Of a stretch of 64,000 bases of DNA, positions 1 through 13,102 are shown one piece after another. Source of the DNA: Pseudovirgaria hyperparasitica (lineage: Eukaryota); NCBI GenBank assembly GCA_010093815.1, contig ML996577.1, one strand, 5' to 3'. Made by a program: the position numbers and the translations under genes. Each line of letters starts with the position of its first letter. Positions within the stretch are counted from its first letter, which is position 1. The notes under the pieces were generated by a model. That model made no database searches, was not told the DNA's origin, and saw nothing but the letters and a program-made list of their open reading frames with translations.

Positions 1-420
1 AAGTCTAGAGGGGGCAGTATAAGCGATAATTAAGTTATTACCATAAGGTTACTTCAATAAAAATTTTGTTCTGGTAGACGGCTGGCTTGCTCAAATGGAA
101 TAGAGCCAAAATTGGGGAATCTCAAGTTCAATAGAGTTGTATACATACTTGTATATAATACCAGAGAGGGAATGGCATATATCACGACGAAGGAGATATA
201 GGGTCGAACTGAAATAGAGAAAGTGAGAAATCTCATCATACGTTCTAACTTGAACTCTTATCCAACTGCCTAGCAACGTGGATAACTAGGTAGTCGGGTT
301 AGATATATCTTCTTGTTGTAGAAACTATGCCAGACATATCGCCAAAGTACTCCTGATGAATCTAGGACCTTCGTATGAATCTGCTGTTGGCCTTTGGTTG
401 AGCTGTGATTAGAGCGAGAC
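1..420. other. AT/TpA-rich degenerate sequence, possible RIP-mutated relic
   Basis: Visibly AT-rich with many TA/TAG/CTAG words and no credible ORF, unlike the adjacent genes; indices not computed. Confidence 0.3.
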
Positions 421-672
421 TCGTATCACTTCATCTGTGTATGGTAGACTTCTACCTTCTGTCAGTTGTGATATCAGCCAGACAAAGCTTCCAACATTTG
501 ACAGTGCTCACTAAAGCTGGTATTGAAATGTCGATAGCAACGCCCGGAGGCGAAAATTCCCGTCAAGTAGAATCATCAAAGTCAGTTCGGCATGAAGCAT
601 ATGGTAAACAATAAGCTCAATTGCTGATTATTCATTTGACACGCTCTATACTACCTCTCCAACAACACTCAG

Positions 673-2205
673 CTACAATCGAAAAACACGTCGCACCAGC
701 TCCCGCCTCATGATGGCAACCGAACTGGCCATCCTCTGTGCCGCTCCATGATTCTCCACAGCACGACGGAGCAAAAACTGGACCGACTCGCCCACCGCGC
801 CCCACTGCAAACACTTATAAACCTCCACTTTAGCCCTCTTTTGACTCCTAGTCTCCATTTGAGCATCCTCTCTCTCCGCCTCTTCACAACGCCTCAGCAA
901 TTCACAGCTCACCTCATCCGCCATGCCCTGCAGCTGGCCCCATCTCACGGGCGAGTACCTCGCACCCGACGCAACAGCACGCGTATACAATTCTACGCTC
1001 TTCTCGATCGACGCAGTATTATGACCGGCAAGAAAGACATGAACGTCTGGACTTCTGGCAGTCTTCGAAAAGCTCGAGAGCGAGCGCTCGATCAGTTGTG
1101 CTGCCAGCATATCATAGCACTGATCAGTCTCTGCCTTAGTATCATGGATGCGGCTGCGGTCCTCGCTGGAGAGGTACGCGCCTCGGACGAGTTTGACGCC
1201 GAGGACCCAGCCCTCAGTCTGAGCGAGACGCACGTGAGTCGTGAGAATGGAGGAACAATGCTTCAGGTATGCCTGATAGGTGTTGGAGATGAGAGGTATG
1301 GTGCGGTTGTAGGTGCGCATGAGGTCGAGGACCCATCGGTCTATAGTTGGCTGGATGGCTTGTTGCTCGGCGTCGAGCCATATACGAGTGCCTTGGGCTC
1401 TTGCCTGGGTGGCTATTTCGTCGATTGCGTCGAGGAGGGTATTGGGAGGGTCTTCGCCGGTTGCGAGACGAGCAAATATGGTGCGCCCCGCGCCTGTGAA
1501 TCTGACATTCGTTAACTATGTTATTCTAGGAATGGGAACACATCTCCATCAACTGCTGGTCTTGCCATTCTGTTCATGGATATGGCTGAGAAGGGTAGGT
1601 GTGACCTACTTCATGCCCATGTAATCGCCGCTACCAATCATGCTGAGTGTCTTGAGATGGTCTTCCTTCCAGGATCGAATGCCCAATTGCTGCTCTGTAT
1701 CTAAATCTATCTCCGAAACGGTGTTCAAGCCCGACGTCTCAGCCACTATCTCTCTCGTAGGGATCAGAATCACCCCTGAGTACCCCGCAGATCTCATGCT
1801 TGCTACAGTTTCAGCAACCTCTTTTGTCGTGGTTCCAGCACAGAAATGGTCATATAATGTTCTCCTCAGCATGATTCTCACCAGCCAATTGCTCTCGGGA
1901 TACAGTAATCGCCGCTTTGGATTGCCCACTTCCGCTAGTGCTTTCATACCAAGTCGAAACACAGTGTTGTTCATAAAAACAGAGCCCAGAACGATGTTCC
2001 TGATGAGATGTATAGTAGGCAGTCGCGCCAGCGCTGGGTTGTCCGCTGTTACTCCAGCACTCGTGTCATTCACTCGCTGAGTATGAACGTCTCTTGAAGG
2101 TGCGTATCGTCTCGATATGTTCAAGGTCCTGCAATGAGATACACGTGATGCACATGGTCTGATGTTGAGGCAAGAGGTACCCCTGAATCGTATTGAGGTA
2201 TTCAT
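673..2205 (-). CDS. PUT1: Proline dehydrogenase (proline oxidase), mitochondrial; 2 exons
   Basis: Motifs YDHFCAG, NTYQAYLK, GVKLVRGAY, AGHN, GQLQGMADE, FLLRRAVEN; GT-AG intron 1609-1502 restores MGMKFTGAG. Alternative upstream ATG at 2259. Confidence 0.9.
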
Positions 2206-2589
2206 TGCCAGTGGAATTTGCAAACAAGATTTCACTTGGCTCGATATACTAGAACCCATGTGGATTTCTATATGTATAGTAGTAGGACCCTGGTCTGTAT
2301 ATATGTGAGCGTGGGGTCACGAGGTGGGGTTGGGTGAGTATCGCAGGCCTTATAGACGCCTCTTTGGGCCTAGCGGGCGAGTGTCGTGGAGTTCCTCACA
2401 CAAAGCTGACATGGGTGGTCGCGGACTGCTGATTCGAAAGTCTGGGCATGTTCAGACTCCCAACCTAAGCTTCATTCTCGGACTCTGACGTCTCTTAGCC
2501 TGCCAAAACGCGTATCTGAGTAGTAGTGTCCAGAACACTCATGGGATATCATTAGATCATTACAAGCAACGAATGACCCATGACATTCA

Positions 2590-5330
2590 TCACTCATCCG
2601 CGTCATCAAGACCGACCTCTCTCCGCTCCATCTCTTCACGAATCTTCTCACTCAGGACATCCCGACCGAACCTCGTCGCAATCTTCTCGGCCGCCGTTAA
2701 CATCGTTCCATTGCTATTTCGCAGAAGCTTCACAATCTCCAGCGCCTTCATGCCATGCTCCTCACCTGCGCGACACTCGATATTAAGGAGCTGAAGCAAA
2801 GCTTTGTCGATTTCTAATTCTGCTTTAGCGAGCTCCGTTCGTTGCCTTGAAGTGCTGTGAACGTTGGAGAGTAGGTCTGACTGCAACGAGTGAAGGAGTG
2901 AGGAGCGAACAAAGCTCTCCTCGAAACTCTGCCTTTGGGTATCGGTATCACCTTCCGTTGCATCAAGTTCAGTCGATGGTTTTGTTGAGGTCAGGGGCAC
3001 TTGAAAATCGAATTCAGACAGTAGAGGCACAGGAAGGTGTGGATGCTGTTCCGCGCCCTTCAATATGATGCAGTAGAATCGACCACTTGCTACCGCAACA
3101 GGCCAGTAGTTTTCCGTTTTGCGGCCGGATGCCACACGAGAAAGGTTTTTAGTGTCTAGTAGAGGTACCCATTTCGCTTGTGACGGTGTGCGCCAATGCA
3201 GCAATACGAGAAGCACACCAGTGCTATCGTAGATGCATGGATCCTAAACAGCATTAAATCGTGAAGGATCTTGGAAAGTGCTGAAAGAACTTACTCCGTG
3301 GTCTGAGAAGAAGACACTCCTCAAATCAGCGCCATCGCTCAGTGCCACTGTATCCTCGCTCTGGCACACCTCATCACGTTTGACGTTCTCAATCGTGTAC
3401 TGTAATCTCGTTCGGCCATCTGCGCCAATAGCACCATTACCAATAGTCATAATGTAGTCTCGCCATGCGGCGCACGAAACTGTAGGAGAACTCTTTTGGC
3501 GATATACTCGATATGGCAGGCCAAAGAGGGTGTACACACGCACATAATTTGCAGAGGTAGTTGCGACGATGAATGAGTCACTGAGTGCGATGGCTTCGAT
3601 GTTTTCACCTCCGGGAAGCGATGTCCGCCAGTCAGTCCGGCTCGTCCAAGTCTCATGCGGTCGGTAATAAAGAGTGGCTGGATCTTTCCCAGAAGGCTGG
3701 CATGAGAACAATGATCCATTATCATTGAGGCATGCTTTGTCGTATCGGAAAGGATCTGTGAAATGGAAGTTCCGACGGTCTTGGTCATAGAACTCTACGG
3801 TAATACTGTGATGCGTCTCCTGATCCACAGTCCATACTGCTCCAGTTAAATTGAGACAGAGGTATCTTCTACTGCCGCGCCATGGGGTACTACCAGGTTG
3901 AAATGAATTGTGATGTTGCGGTTTCCACGAGCCGGTACTTCGCTTCTTCAGATTGTCTGCGGTTAACGGCGCGAGATGGCCGTTTGTCCGCTTGCCATTA
4001 CCATTCAGCTGTTCCGTGTAGCCCGCACCATCATCATCATCAATGAAGCCATCTCCGTTATCATAGCCGTCGTCAGACATTACTCCTTCCATGATGTCGT
4101 CAAGGGAAGCATCACTACCTTTTCGTCGCAGAGGTGTCCGTGGTTTGTCATTGGTAATGCGTCCCGGGGCGTTCCCATTGACCTCCACCCGCGGATCATG
4201 AATGAAAGGTGCTGGCTGCAGTAGATCTTTCAGCAGTGAGGCGTGGGCCTCGGGTACAACATCTGGCCGTATGAACAATTCTCCGTCAATATTTGTGTAT
4301 GAGAGAGTGTTGTCTGTCGGATGCCATTGTAGGTCAAGAATAGTGGCTGCAATGTCGTTATAAGTGTGTAGAATTTTCTGTGTTTTGGTTTCCCATATGA
4401 CCAATCTGCGGTCCATCCCAGCTGTAGCAAGTAGGGCGCCGTTCAATGACCATGCGAGCGCAGTGATATCTCCTGTATGACCGCTGCGAAATGTCCTTTG
4501 CTTTTCCCAATCATCTTTTGAGACGACCTGAACCTCTCGTCCGGCTGTTGGAGCAGCAAATGCGCGCGCATCAGGGTGCCATATCACTCGAGAGCTCTCT
4601 TCTGCGTTTGTGTCAAGGTTCTTTATCACATTCGATACGGTCGTGATAAGTTCTGGCTCGTCTGTCCCAAATGAGTATATATACACCTTGCCGTCCGAGC
4701 AAGAGACTGAGAGGAATGCGCCATTGGAGTCAAATGATACATGTTTGACCGCTCTAGGTTGTTCGTTGAAGATCAGGACCTTGGTCATGTCCTCGATGCT
4801 GACAACCTTGACAACTAGCTCACTGTTGCGCGTTAACTATACTCATGCCTCCTGGAAAGCTCAAACATACTCGCTGGCTACTGCTACCCACTTCCCGTCT
4901 GGTGAGATTGCTACATCGCGTACTGGAAGCGTTGAGCGAAATAGTAGACCTTCGAATGTGTTACTTTCGAGGGAGTACTTGGCAACTTGGCCATCTTCTG
5001 AACCCGTGATAAAGAATGTGTTCTGCGCTTGTGGATCAGCGTGTTTCGGAGGTCTGAGGAAACCTCCTCACCGTGGAGTCTACTGCAGTATTCGAGTCCG
5101 TACAGTCGTCAATGGTAACTGGTTCAGCGTCCGATCCCGACTGGAAGACACGAATCGCATTGTTCAATCCCACAGTAATCAACTTCTTCCCGTTCGGTGT
5201 ATACGACAGGTATGTAGGGCCGGAGGGGTCTGCAGTTCAGAATCAGCTGGATTTTGGTTATCGATAGCAGCTCAGAATACTCACGAGCTGGTCGTGCTCG
5301 TAGACGCTGCTGCAGAGCCATGGTTGCCAT
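2590..5330 (-). CDS. CTF4: Replisome WD40/SepB-domain protein (Ctf4/Mcl1/SepB/AND-1), multi-exon
   Basis: N-terminal WD40 repeats (GHTGDITALAWS), SepB-domain motifs FQPGSTP..RRYLCLN, LYYRPHE, YVRVYTLFG, WVPLLDT and C-terminal helical EIDKALLQL; GT-AG introns join the ORF pieces. Confidence 0.9.
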
Positions 5331-5384
5331 GAGTGTTTCTGGTGTTGGCGGGGCCGTGTCCTATGAAGCGGGTGTTGAATTCGG

Positions 5385-5425
5385 TGACGTGAGGCGACGC
5401 GACGCGACTAAGATCTCGACGCGTC
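5385..5425. promoter_or_regulatory. MCB-like (ACGCGT/CGCG) cluster in the ~200-bp divergent CTF4/GPI13 promoter
   Basis: GCGACGCGACGCGA followed by ACGCGT at 5419-5424 between two head-to-head starts. Confidence 0.55.
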
Positions 5426-5537
5426 AGGGGGAGGAGCGGAATCTATTCCGAAAATTCGCCGTGTACACTGCTGATGCCCGAGAACTTCGTCTACCACTAC
5501 TTCGCTGTCCAATTGAACAGCAACCAGGACAAACGGA

Positions 5538-8500
5538 ATGGAGGAGAATGGTACTGCGGCTTTCGAAAGCATAGCTGAGTCTCTGGCGCAGGCCAAAGCG
5601 AAACAAGAGCGCGATGAAGCACAGGGCCCGAAAGGCGCAACAGACAATGCTATAGCAGCAATCAAACTCGGCGAGAGGCGATTCACTGTGTCCCATGTCT
5701 TGCTACTGGTCTTCTTCACCTGGATCTTGTATGCTTCAACGTACTACTCGCAATACTTAGGCTAATCGCGATGTCAGTGTAATACAGACCATTGGCATAT
5801 ATCTATTCACGAGCGGATTTCTCCTCACGAGGCTGGTCCTCGACCATAAATCAGAATGTGCTGTGCCTCCAATCCATCTCCTGAACAAAAATATAGGAAC
5901 ATATGAGCAAGGTTGTTGGCACCCTAGCTCGTTCTCGAAAGCCATTGTCATACTCGTCGATGCCCTTCGCTACGATTTCACGGTCCCTTTCACGCCGAAA
6001 GATGGCGAGACTGCTCACCACTACCATAATGCCCTGCCCTTCCTATATGCCACGGCCGTTAAGCAGCCGAATAATGCATTTCTCCTCCCTTTCATCGCAG
6101 ATCCGCCCACTGTGACCCTTCAACGTTTGAAGGGATTGACAACTGGAACACTTCCTACATTCGTGGATGCTGGTTCCAACTTCGCAGGTACGGCCATCGA
6201 TGAGGACAATCTGATAGCCCAGCTACGTACAGCTGGGAAGAATGTAGTTCATCTTGGAGATGACACTTGGCATGCATTGTTCCCAGATTACTTCGACCCA
6301 GATTTAACGAGGCCATTTGATTCCTTCAATGTCTGGGATCTACATACGGTAGATAATGGCGTAAATGAGCACTTATTCCCCTTATTACATCCTACGAACA
6401 TATCAAAGTGGGATGTAGTGATCGGTCACTACCTTGGTGTTGATCATGCTGGCCACAGATATGGCCCTGACCATCCCGCGATGACAGCAAAGTTGCAGCA
6501 GATGAACGGTGTCTTTCACGACTTGGTTAACGCTGTAGACAATGAGACCTTGGTTGTCGTTATGGGTGATCATGGTATGGATTCCAAAGGCGATCATGGA
6601 GGTGAATCAGACGACGAGATCGAGGCTGCCATCTGGATGTACTCCAAGAAGGGCATATTTGGACGTACCTCGGTCTCATCTCTGACACCACCAGCGACCG
6701 CTAAGGAGAGACCGGTGGCTCAAATCGATCTCGTCCCAACATTGTCTTTGCTACTTGGTCTTCCCATCCCTTTCAATAATCTTGGACGTCCAATCGACGA
6801 AGCTTTCATTGGCGCGAAAGGAAGCGACATAGGGAATTTAGCATTGGCCAATAGAGTCACTTCTGCACAGATACATCGATATCAGTACGAATATGCTCAA
6901 GCTCGAGGCCTCAGTGACGAATCACGGTCTACTTCTCTCGACGCATGGACAAAGCTGACTGAAATCTGGGACCTGAATCAGAGAGTCATCCTTCCTGGTG
7001 GGCAAGACTGGAAAGGCATTTACACAGCCGCTGTGGAGTATCAAACCGCAACCCTCGAGATATGCCGTGCATTGTGGGCAAGGTTCGATGTCGTGAGTAT
7101 GCTCCATGGTGTTGAAGTTTTAGCGCTAGGTCTAGTTGCTCTCGTCGTATACGCTCGAGGTATCAACGGTGACCGCACCGAGCTAACACCACTTCTTTTG
7201 ATACGTGCGACTATCGGGACTGTTGCTGGGATCGTAGTTGGATTGACTTTGGGGCTCTCAATCCCACAATTCCAGCTCATCCATGCGACTGTCTATTGCA
7301 CTGCAATCGGCGGCTTGCTCGGCCTCGCCACGGGCTTCTACCATATACGCAATCGCCTCCAGTCCCCTATTCCCTCATCAGCCTGGTCCTGGACATCATT
7401 GATGTTGCCTGTTGCGCTGTCCGCAGGCTTCGCCGCCAACTCCTTCACGATTTGGGAAGACGAGATCCTCCTTTTCTTCCTCAACACCTTTGGCGTACTG
7501 CTTTTCCTATCCTCCTTCCGCCAAAAGAGTCCTGTCGACCGCACCATTGGCTGCACACAATCAATTGCATTCACGGTACTCACGCGCTTGGCTTCTCTCT
7601 CCCGGCTCTGCCGCGAAGAACAAATGCCACACTGCAGGTCCACATACTACGCCTCCGCAAACTCTTCAACCTCCGCAACATGGCAACTCACCATTCCATT
7701 CATCCTCACACTCGCCCTTCCTGCCGTCATAAAGACATATTTCGCTCAGACCCTCTCATACCAACACTCCGCAACGTTCATGGTCGGCTTCATCCTGCGT
7801 CTAGGCCTGGCGCTCACAGCACTCTTCTGGACGCTCGACGCTGCCGATGACGGCGAATGGTTCGGTGGCTCTACCCAGGCGTACCTCAAGACCGTCAAAG
7901 TCTTCGTCGCGCAAGTCGTTCTTGCCATCGGCCTTGCCGCCGGATACGCGACGTTCGGGTGGGCGGCGCCCCTGCTCAACATTCGCGAAGAGCGCAACAG
8001 CAGCGCAACCGAGCTGCGCTCTGCATCACAGCCCATCGAGACCGGCGAGGGCGAAGCAAAATCCTCGATCATAATCCTGGGTTACGCAAACGTTCACGGC
8101 AGTCGCTATCTCCTTCTCTTCATCCCATGGCTGGTCGCCGTAATCCTACTCCAGAAACCAATGGGCGGCGGCGCGATCGGGATTCTCGCATGGCAGGTGC
8201 TCAGTCTACTCGAGATCATTGACGCAAACCAACTCGCCGACACGCCCGTCGGACCGGTAGTTCTCGGCTTGCTCGGCTCATTCCATTTCTTCAAGACCGG
8301 GCATCAAGCCACGTTGTCGAGCGTACAATGGGAGTCGGCGTTCATTCCACTGCACTACATCCGCTATCCATGGAGTCCGCTCTTCGTCATGCTCAACACA
8401 TTTGGCGCGCAGATCCTTTGCGCCATAGCAGTTCCCGCGACCGTGCTGTGGAAAGCGCCACCGAAGAAGAAAGGTCTCCTGGGCGATGTCGCAAAGGCGA

Positions 8501-8727
8501 TGGCGACGCACATTCTATTTTACGCTCTTATCAACCTTGCAACGACAATGTGGGCAGGCCATTTGAGGAGGCACTTGATGCTATACCGAATCTTCAGTCC
8601 GCGGTTCATGGTGGGTGCGATTGTACTGCTTATTGTAGATTTGGTGGGAATACTTGTCGCTGTGGGTGGGACAAGGTGGAGCTTCATGAGTGTTGCGGAT
8701 GTGTTTGGATGGTCAAGTGTACAGTAG
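5538..8727 (+). CDS. GPI13: GPI ethanolamine-phosphate transferase 3 (Gpi13/PIG-O)
   Basis: VDALRYDF, ADPPTVTLQRLKGLTTGTLPTF, GDDTW, HYLGVDHAGH, GDHGM, FFKTGHQ, RHLMLYRIFSPRF; many TM segments; short intron near 5729-5778. Confidence 0.93.
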
Positions 8728-9311
8728 AAATGTTTCGATCAGTGTTCATCCAGTATATAATAGATATCAGAGCAGTGCATTGCAGTAGTCGTTCGATTAG
8801 TGAAATATCGGCGTTGACCATTGTGAGTCATGTAGATAGGAGAGAAAACTTCAGGTCCTATTTACTTAGCGCTGCTTCGTCCTTTGCCCGACAGCCATGA
8901 TTGTCGTCTTTGAGGGCCTCAGACCTGGTTTTCGCGAAAACTCAGCTGCCTGGACTCTCACCAAACTCCGAATATCAATCTTCAACTTAACCAGGATCTT
9001 GAGTCCGATGACTTCGTGTATCAGGGTTCAGGGGTCAGCATGATAGTCGATCCGCGCATGAGATAGAAAATGCATAGTGTCGCAGTCACTGTTGAGCCCC
9101 AAGAGCACGAATGACTTTGAAAATTACCATTGTAACGCAATAACACCACCGCTTAGGCTCTAACCTGTGAATCAACAATAAGAGACCCTTATAAGCTAAC
9201 AAGCTGTCACCAACGATGTTACCTGGACATCTTGTCCTGCGCTCTCACGGCTACAGTACGCACGTTGACTTGGTCGCTCGCAATTACCAACACATTTCCA
9301 TAAACATACGC

Positions 9312-11086
9312 TTAGTACTCAGCTTCGGCATCACCGTCGCCCTCAATCGAGTCAGCGGCAACCTCCTCGTAGTCACGCTCCAGTGCAGCCAGATCCTCAC
9401 GGGCTTCAGAGAATTCACCTTCCTCCATACCCTCGCCAACATACCAGTGGACGAACGCACGCTTGGAGTACATGAGGTCGAACTTGTGTGAGAGGGCGGA
9501 CCAGGCTTCAGCGATGGCAGTGGTGTTGGACAGCATGCATCTAGAATCTTTGTTAGCATAAGATGAGTGGTCGATGATGATAGGACGTACACAGCGCGGT
9601 TGACCTTGGCAAGATCACCGTTGGGTACCATTTGCGGAGGCTGGTAGCAGATACCAATCTTGAAACCAGTGGGACACCAGTCGACGAATTGGATAGTGCG
9701 CTTGGTCTTGAGAGTAGCAACAGCAGAGTGGACGTCCTTGGGAACGACGTCACCGCGGTACAACAGGCAGGTAGCCATGTACTTGCCGTTGCGGGGATCA
9801 CACTTAACCATCTGGTTGTTAGGCTCAAAGCAAGCCATCGAGATCTCTTGTACAGAGTTGGACTCGTGGGCAGCCTTGCTAGCAGAGACCACAGGCGCGT
9901 AGGCAACAAGGGGGAAATGGATACGGGGATAAGGCACCAAGTTGGTTTGGAATTCGTTCAAGTCGACGTTCAGGGAGCCATCGAAGCGGAGGGACGCGGT
10001 GATGGACGAGACAACTAAGTGATTGTTAGCATATCGTGTATCAAGTAGACATGTCACTGAACTTACCCTGTGCAATCAGACGGTTAAGGTTCTCAAAGCC
10101 GGGACGCTCAATGCCCAAATTTCGGCGGCAAATATCGTAGATAGCTTCGTTGTCAACCATAAAGCTGCAGTCGGAGTGTTCGAGAGTAGTGTGAGTGGTG
10201 AGAATCGAGTTGTATGGCTCGACGACGGACGTAGCGACTTGAGGGGCCGGGTAGACGCAGAACTCGAGCTTGCACTTTTTGCCATAATCCACTGAAAGAC
10301 GTTCCATGAGGAGCGCTCCAAAACCGGATCCGGTGCCACCACCGAAGGAGTGGAACACCAAGAAACCTTGCAGACCAGAACAATTATCGGCAACGCGGCG
10401 AACCTTGTCCATGACCTGATCGATGAGCTCTTTGCCAACGGTGTAGTGCCCGCGAGCGTAGTTGTTGGACGCATCCTCTTTGCCAGTGATCATTTGCTCG
10501 GGGTGGAAAAGGCTGCGGTATGTGCCGGTACGGACTTCATCGACGACGTTCGGCTCCAAGTCACAGTAAATAGTCCTTGGAACGTATTTTCCCTGGCCTT
10601 CAGTGTACTGCTGTCAGCCCGAATTCTATCTGTTATAGAGATCTGACCATCTTACCCGTCTCGCTGAAGAAGGTACTGAAACCCTCATCAGAATCGGCAG
10701 CTTTTCGCTCTTCTGTTAGGTAACCATCCGGCTAATTATTCTCAGTTAGCTCTGTATATGTCGGAGATAGATCTATATATTGTGCGTACCTGAATACCAT
10801 GCTCAAGGCAGTACAGCTGCAACAGTGTCAGTGTTTACCAAAAATTAGGCAGCGATATGGAATATTCGTTTGCTTCTCGGAGCGACTTCTAGAATGCAAC
10901 GATACAGAGACTTCGTGCGACTGACCTCCCAACAAGAGTTGGCGATTTGACAGCCAGCTTGGCCAACTATACGCGTAGAAAAAAGGGTCAGCACGGTGAT
11001 GGATCAAAAATTGGATGTAGTCGGGGGAGGCGGTCAAGGCGCGTAGTGGGGGGTTGTGTACCATTCAAACTGATGACTTCTCTCAT
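9312..11086 (-). CDS. TUB1: Alpha-tubulin, many introns
   Basis: MREVISLN start, GGGTGSG signature, [13 protein letters not shown], acidic tail ending [10 protein letters not shown]. Confidence 0.97.
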
Positions 11087-11653
11087 GATTACGGTTGGGC
11101 GGATACAGAATAGTTGACGGTAATAGTACGAGGTGGTGCAATTGACCTGGCGGATTCGAGAAGCACAACGCTGGACGAGGAGGAATTGTGCTGGGAAAAT
11201 GAAGTGTAGAGAGGTTGACGAAGCAAAAGAAGGAGAGAGCGAGGTGAAGTGCGGCCAACGACCGATTGTTTTGCTGGCGGCGACGCTAAGCGCCCACTTA
11301 GGCTAGACCGTAAGAGTAAGGACCCCTAGTACGGCAGACCGCAAAGATCTTGACGCGCACTATTGGCTCGTGCCTCGCGCGCCTTCCTCCACTCCTCCAA
11401 CGTATGTTGTTTATCTTTTTGCGTTTGGCGGACGTCACTTTGGACAGTGCTGTATACCATGTCTGCAGCCTCACTCTGGATGCTCTAATACTTTGACGCG
11501 CCATCTCACTCCGACATCTGCATGACCATCTTTATCAGCACGCCGCCCTCCCTTGCCTCTTACCGCCAGTGTGTTCCCGGTGACGCATGCCCCGCTGCAG
11601 TTGAACTGAGTACTTGATGAACGTAGCTGCCTCAGCAAAACTGTAGATTCGAG

Positions 11654-12466
11654 ATGCAGTATCCCTTCGCGCGGAACCTATGCCTCGTCTTCAGCTTCAT
11701 CAGTGCAGTCTATGCTAATACCGAGAAAACCATCTTTATTGCTCCTCCAGCCATTGCTATACCCAGCTTCCAGTCAAGTCTCGAGAACCTTCGACTCGTC
11801 ACTCTGTCACCAGGCCGGCAGGCATCGTTCAGAACAGAACTCTCCGTAGCATTTCCGTCTAAGCAGATTCCACGCGGCCACGAACACTGGTACATGCTGG
11901 ATAAGCTGACGGAGGGCCAAAGACACGAGGTCCGGATTTGCTGGGCGGCCACGGTACGCTCAGGGTCCCTCCATCAGTGCTCTATCTAGGCTGACACGAA
12001 TAGCAACCCACAGAATTTTGGCTTGACACTTACTCGGTTTCCGAACTCTTAGAGACGCCTTCACTTATTTCTTCACTCGCTGAATACTCTGGTACAAACA
12101 AAGGGACAGATAGGTTAGAGCGAGAATACCAATCTGGGGAGGAATCAGTGCGCGCCACGTCCAAACTCTTTCTCCGCGTCAGCGCTGCAGCAGACTTCTA
12201 TACAACCAACGCTACGTTGATGCACAATCCGCCGGATGTAGTGGTGGACATCAGTACGTCATCTGCATGTGAGTACAGGCGAGTGTAGCTAACTCGGTCG
12301 TAAAGTTCTCGACCCATTTGCCTTAAATCTGATACCAGAATCACTCTTACCAGTTGGCCTATACATCGTTGTAGTTTTTATTGCTGCATGGTTTGTATCG
12401 GGTGTCATCTACCAGTGGCTATACGCAATTGCCAAGACTGAGCTTGAAAAGCCACACAAGGACTGA
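11654..12466 (+). CDS. PGA1: Probable GPI-mannosyltransferase II co-activator (Pga1-like), 3 exons
   Basis: Signal peptide then ANTEK; spliced EVRICWAATQPTEFWL; C-terminal TM helix; introns ~11953-12003 and ~12254-12305. Family assignment from motif memory. Confidence 0.6.
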
Positions 12467-12514
12467 AATCGTCTTGTGTGTTCGCAAGCAAGAGTAGATC
12501 ATCTTCCAATCGCG

Positions 12515-13102
12515 ATGTTTAGCTGTTTCTGCGGGCGTACTGACAAGGAATCGGCTTCAAAGACCAAGAAACTCAAGTTCCGCTCTGCAAAAACCGTTAG
12601 CTTGCACTATCTCTCCGAGGGGTCTCCCGATTCGTCATTCAATAACGAAAGACGTCCACAGAACTTGACCATGGCGAACCTTGCCCCACTTCAGGTTCGG
12701 CTCGGTGCATATGTTGGCCAAAACAGTCTCCTGGGGCCAGTACCACCTGAAATCCTCACTCTCATTCTGGAAGACATGTACTTGCCTACATTTTGTCGAT
12801 TCTTACTTGCAACATATCCAATGCTAAGACATCATGGGCTTGTCGAGCCATTGACCAGGCATGAGCTGGCACGCATGTTAAGCAGGCGAGAGCCACCCAC
12901 CTTGCCCGTTCCATACGAAATATTTTGGTTTATTTTTGATCATATTGATAACTTTCGCGACAAGGCTCAGTATGTTATAGCACACTACACTACATTGCTC
13001 GCTATTCAAAGAGTTCCTGGAATCACTCGGAGCACGTTTCTCATGCTGCTGGCATCTTTGAAGCTCGACTCAGCCAATGCAGCTGCTATCGCTCCGACCT
13101 AG
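12515..13102 (+). CDS. Hypothetical protein with two F-box-like motifs
   Basis: Open frame with LGPVPPEILTLILEDM and LPVPYEIFWFIFDHID; start uncertain (12515 or 12671). Confidence 0.45.
   Translation: MFSCFCGRTDKESASKTKKLKFRSAKTVSLHYLSEGSPDSSFNNERRPQNLTMANLAPLQVRLGAYVGQNSLLGPVPPEILTLILEDMYLPTFCRFLLATYPMLRHHGLVEPLTRHELARMLSRREPPTLPVPYEIFWFIFDHIDNFRDKAQYVIAHYTTLLAIQRVPGITRSTFLMLLASLKLDSANAAAIAPT

Noticed and set aside
748..1515. 255-aa + strand ORF
   Set aside because: Antisense shadow of PUT1 with no recognisable domain.
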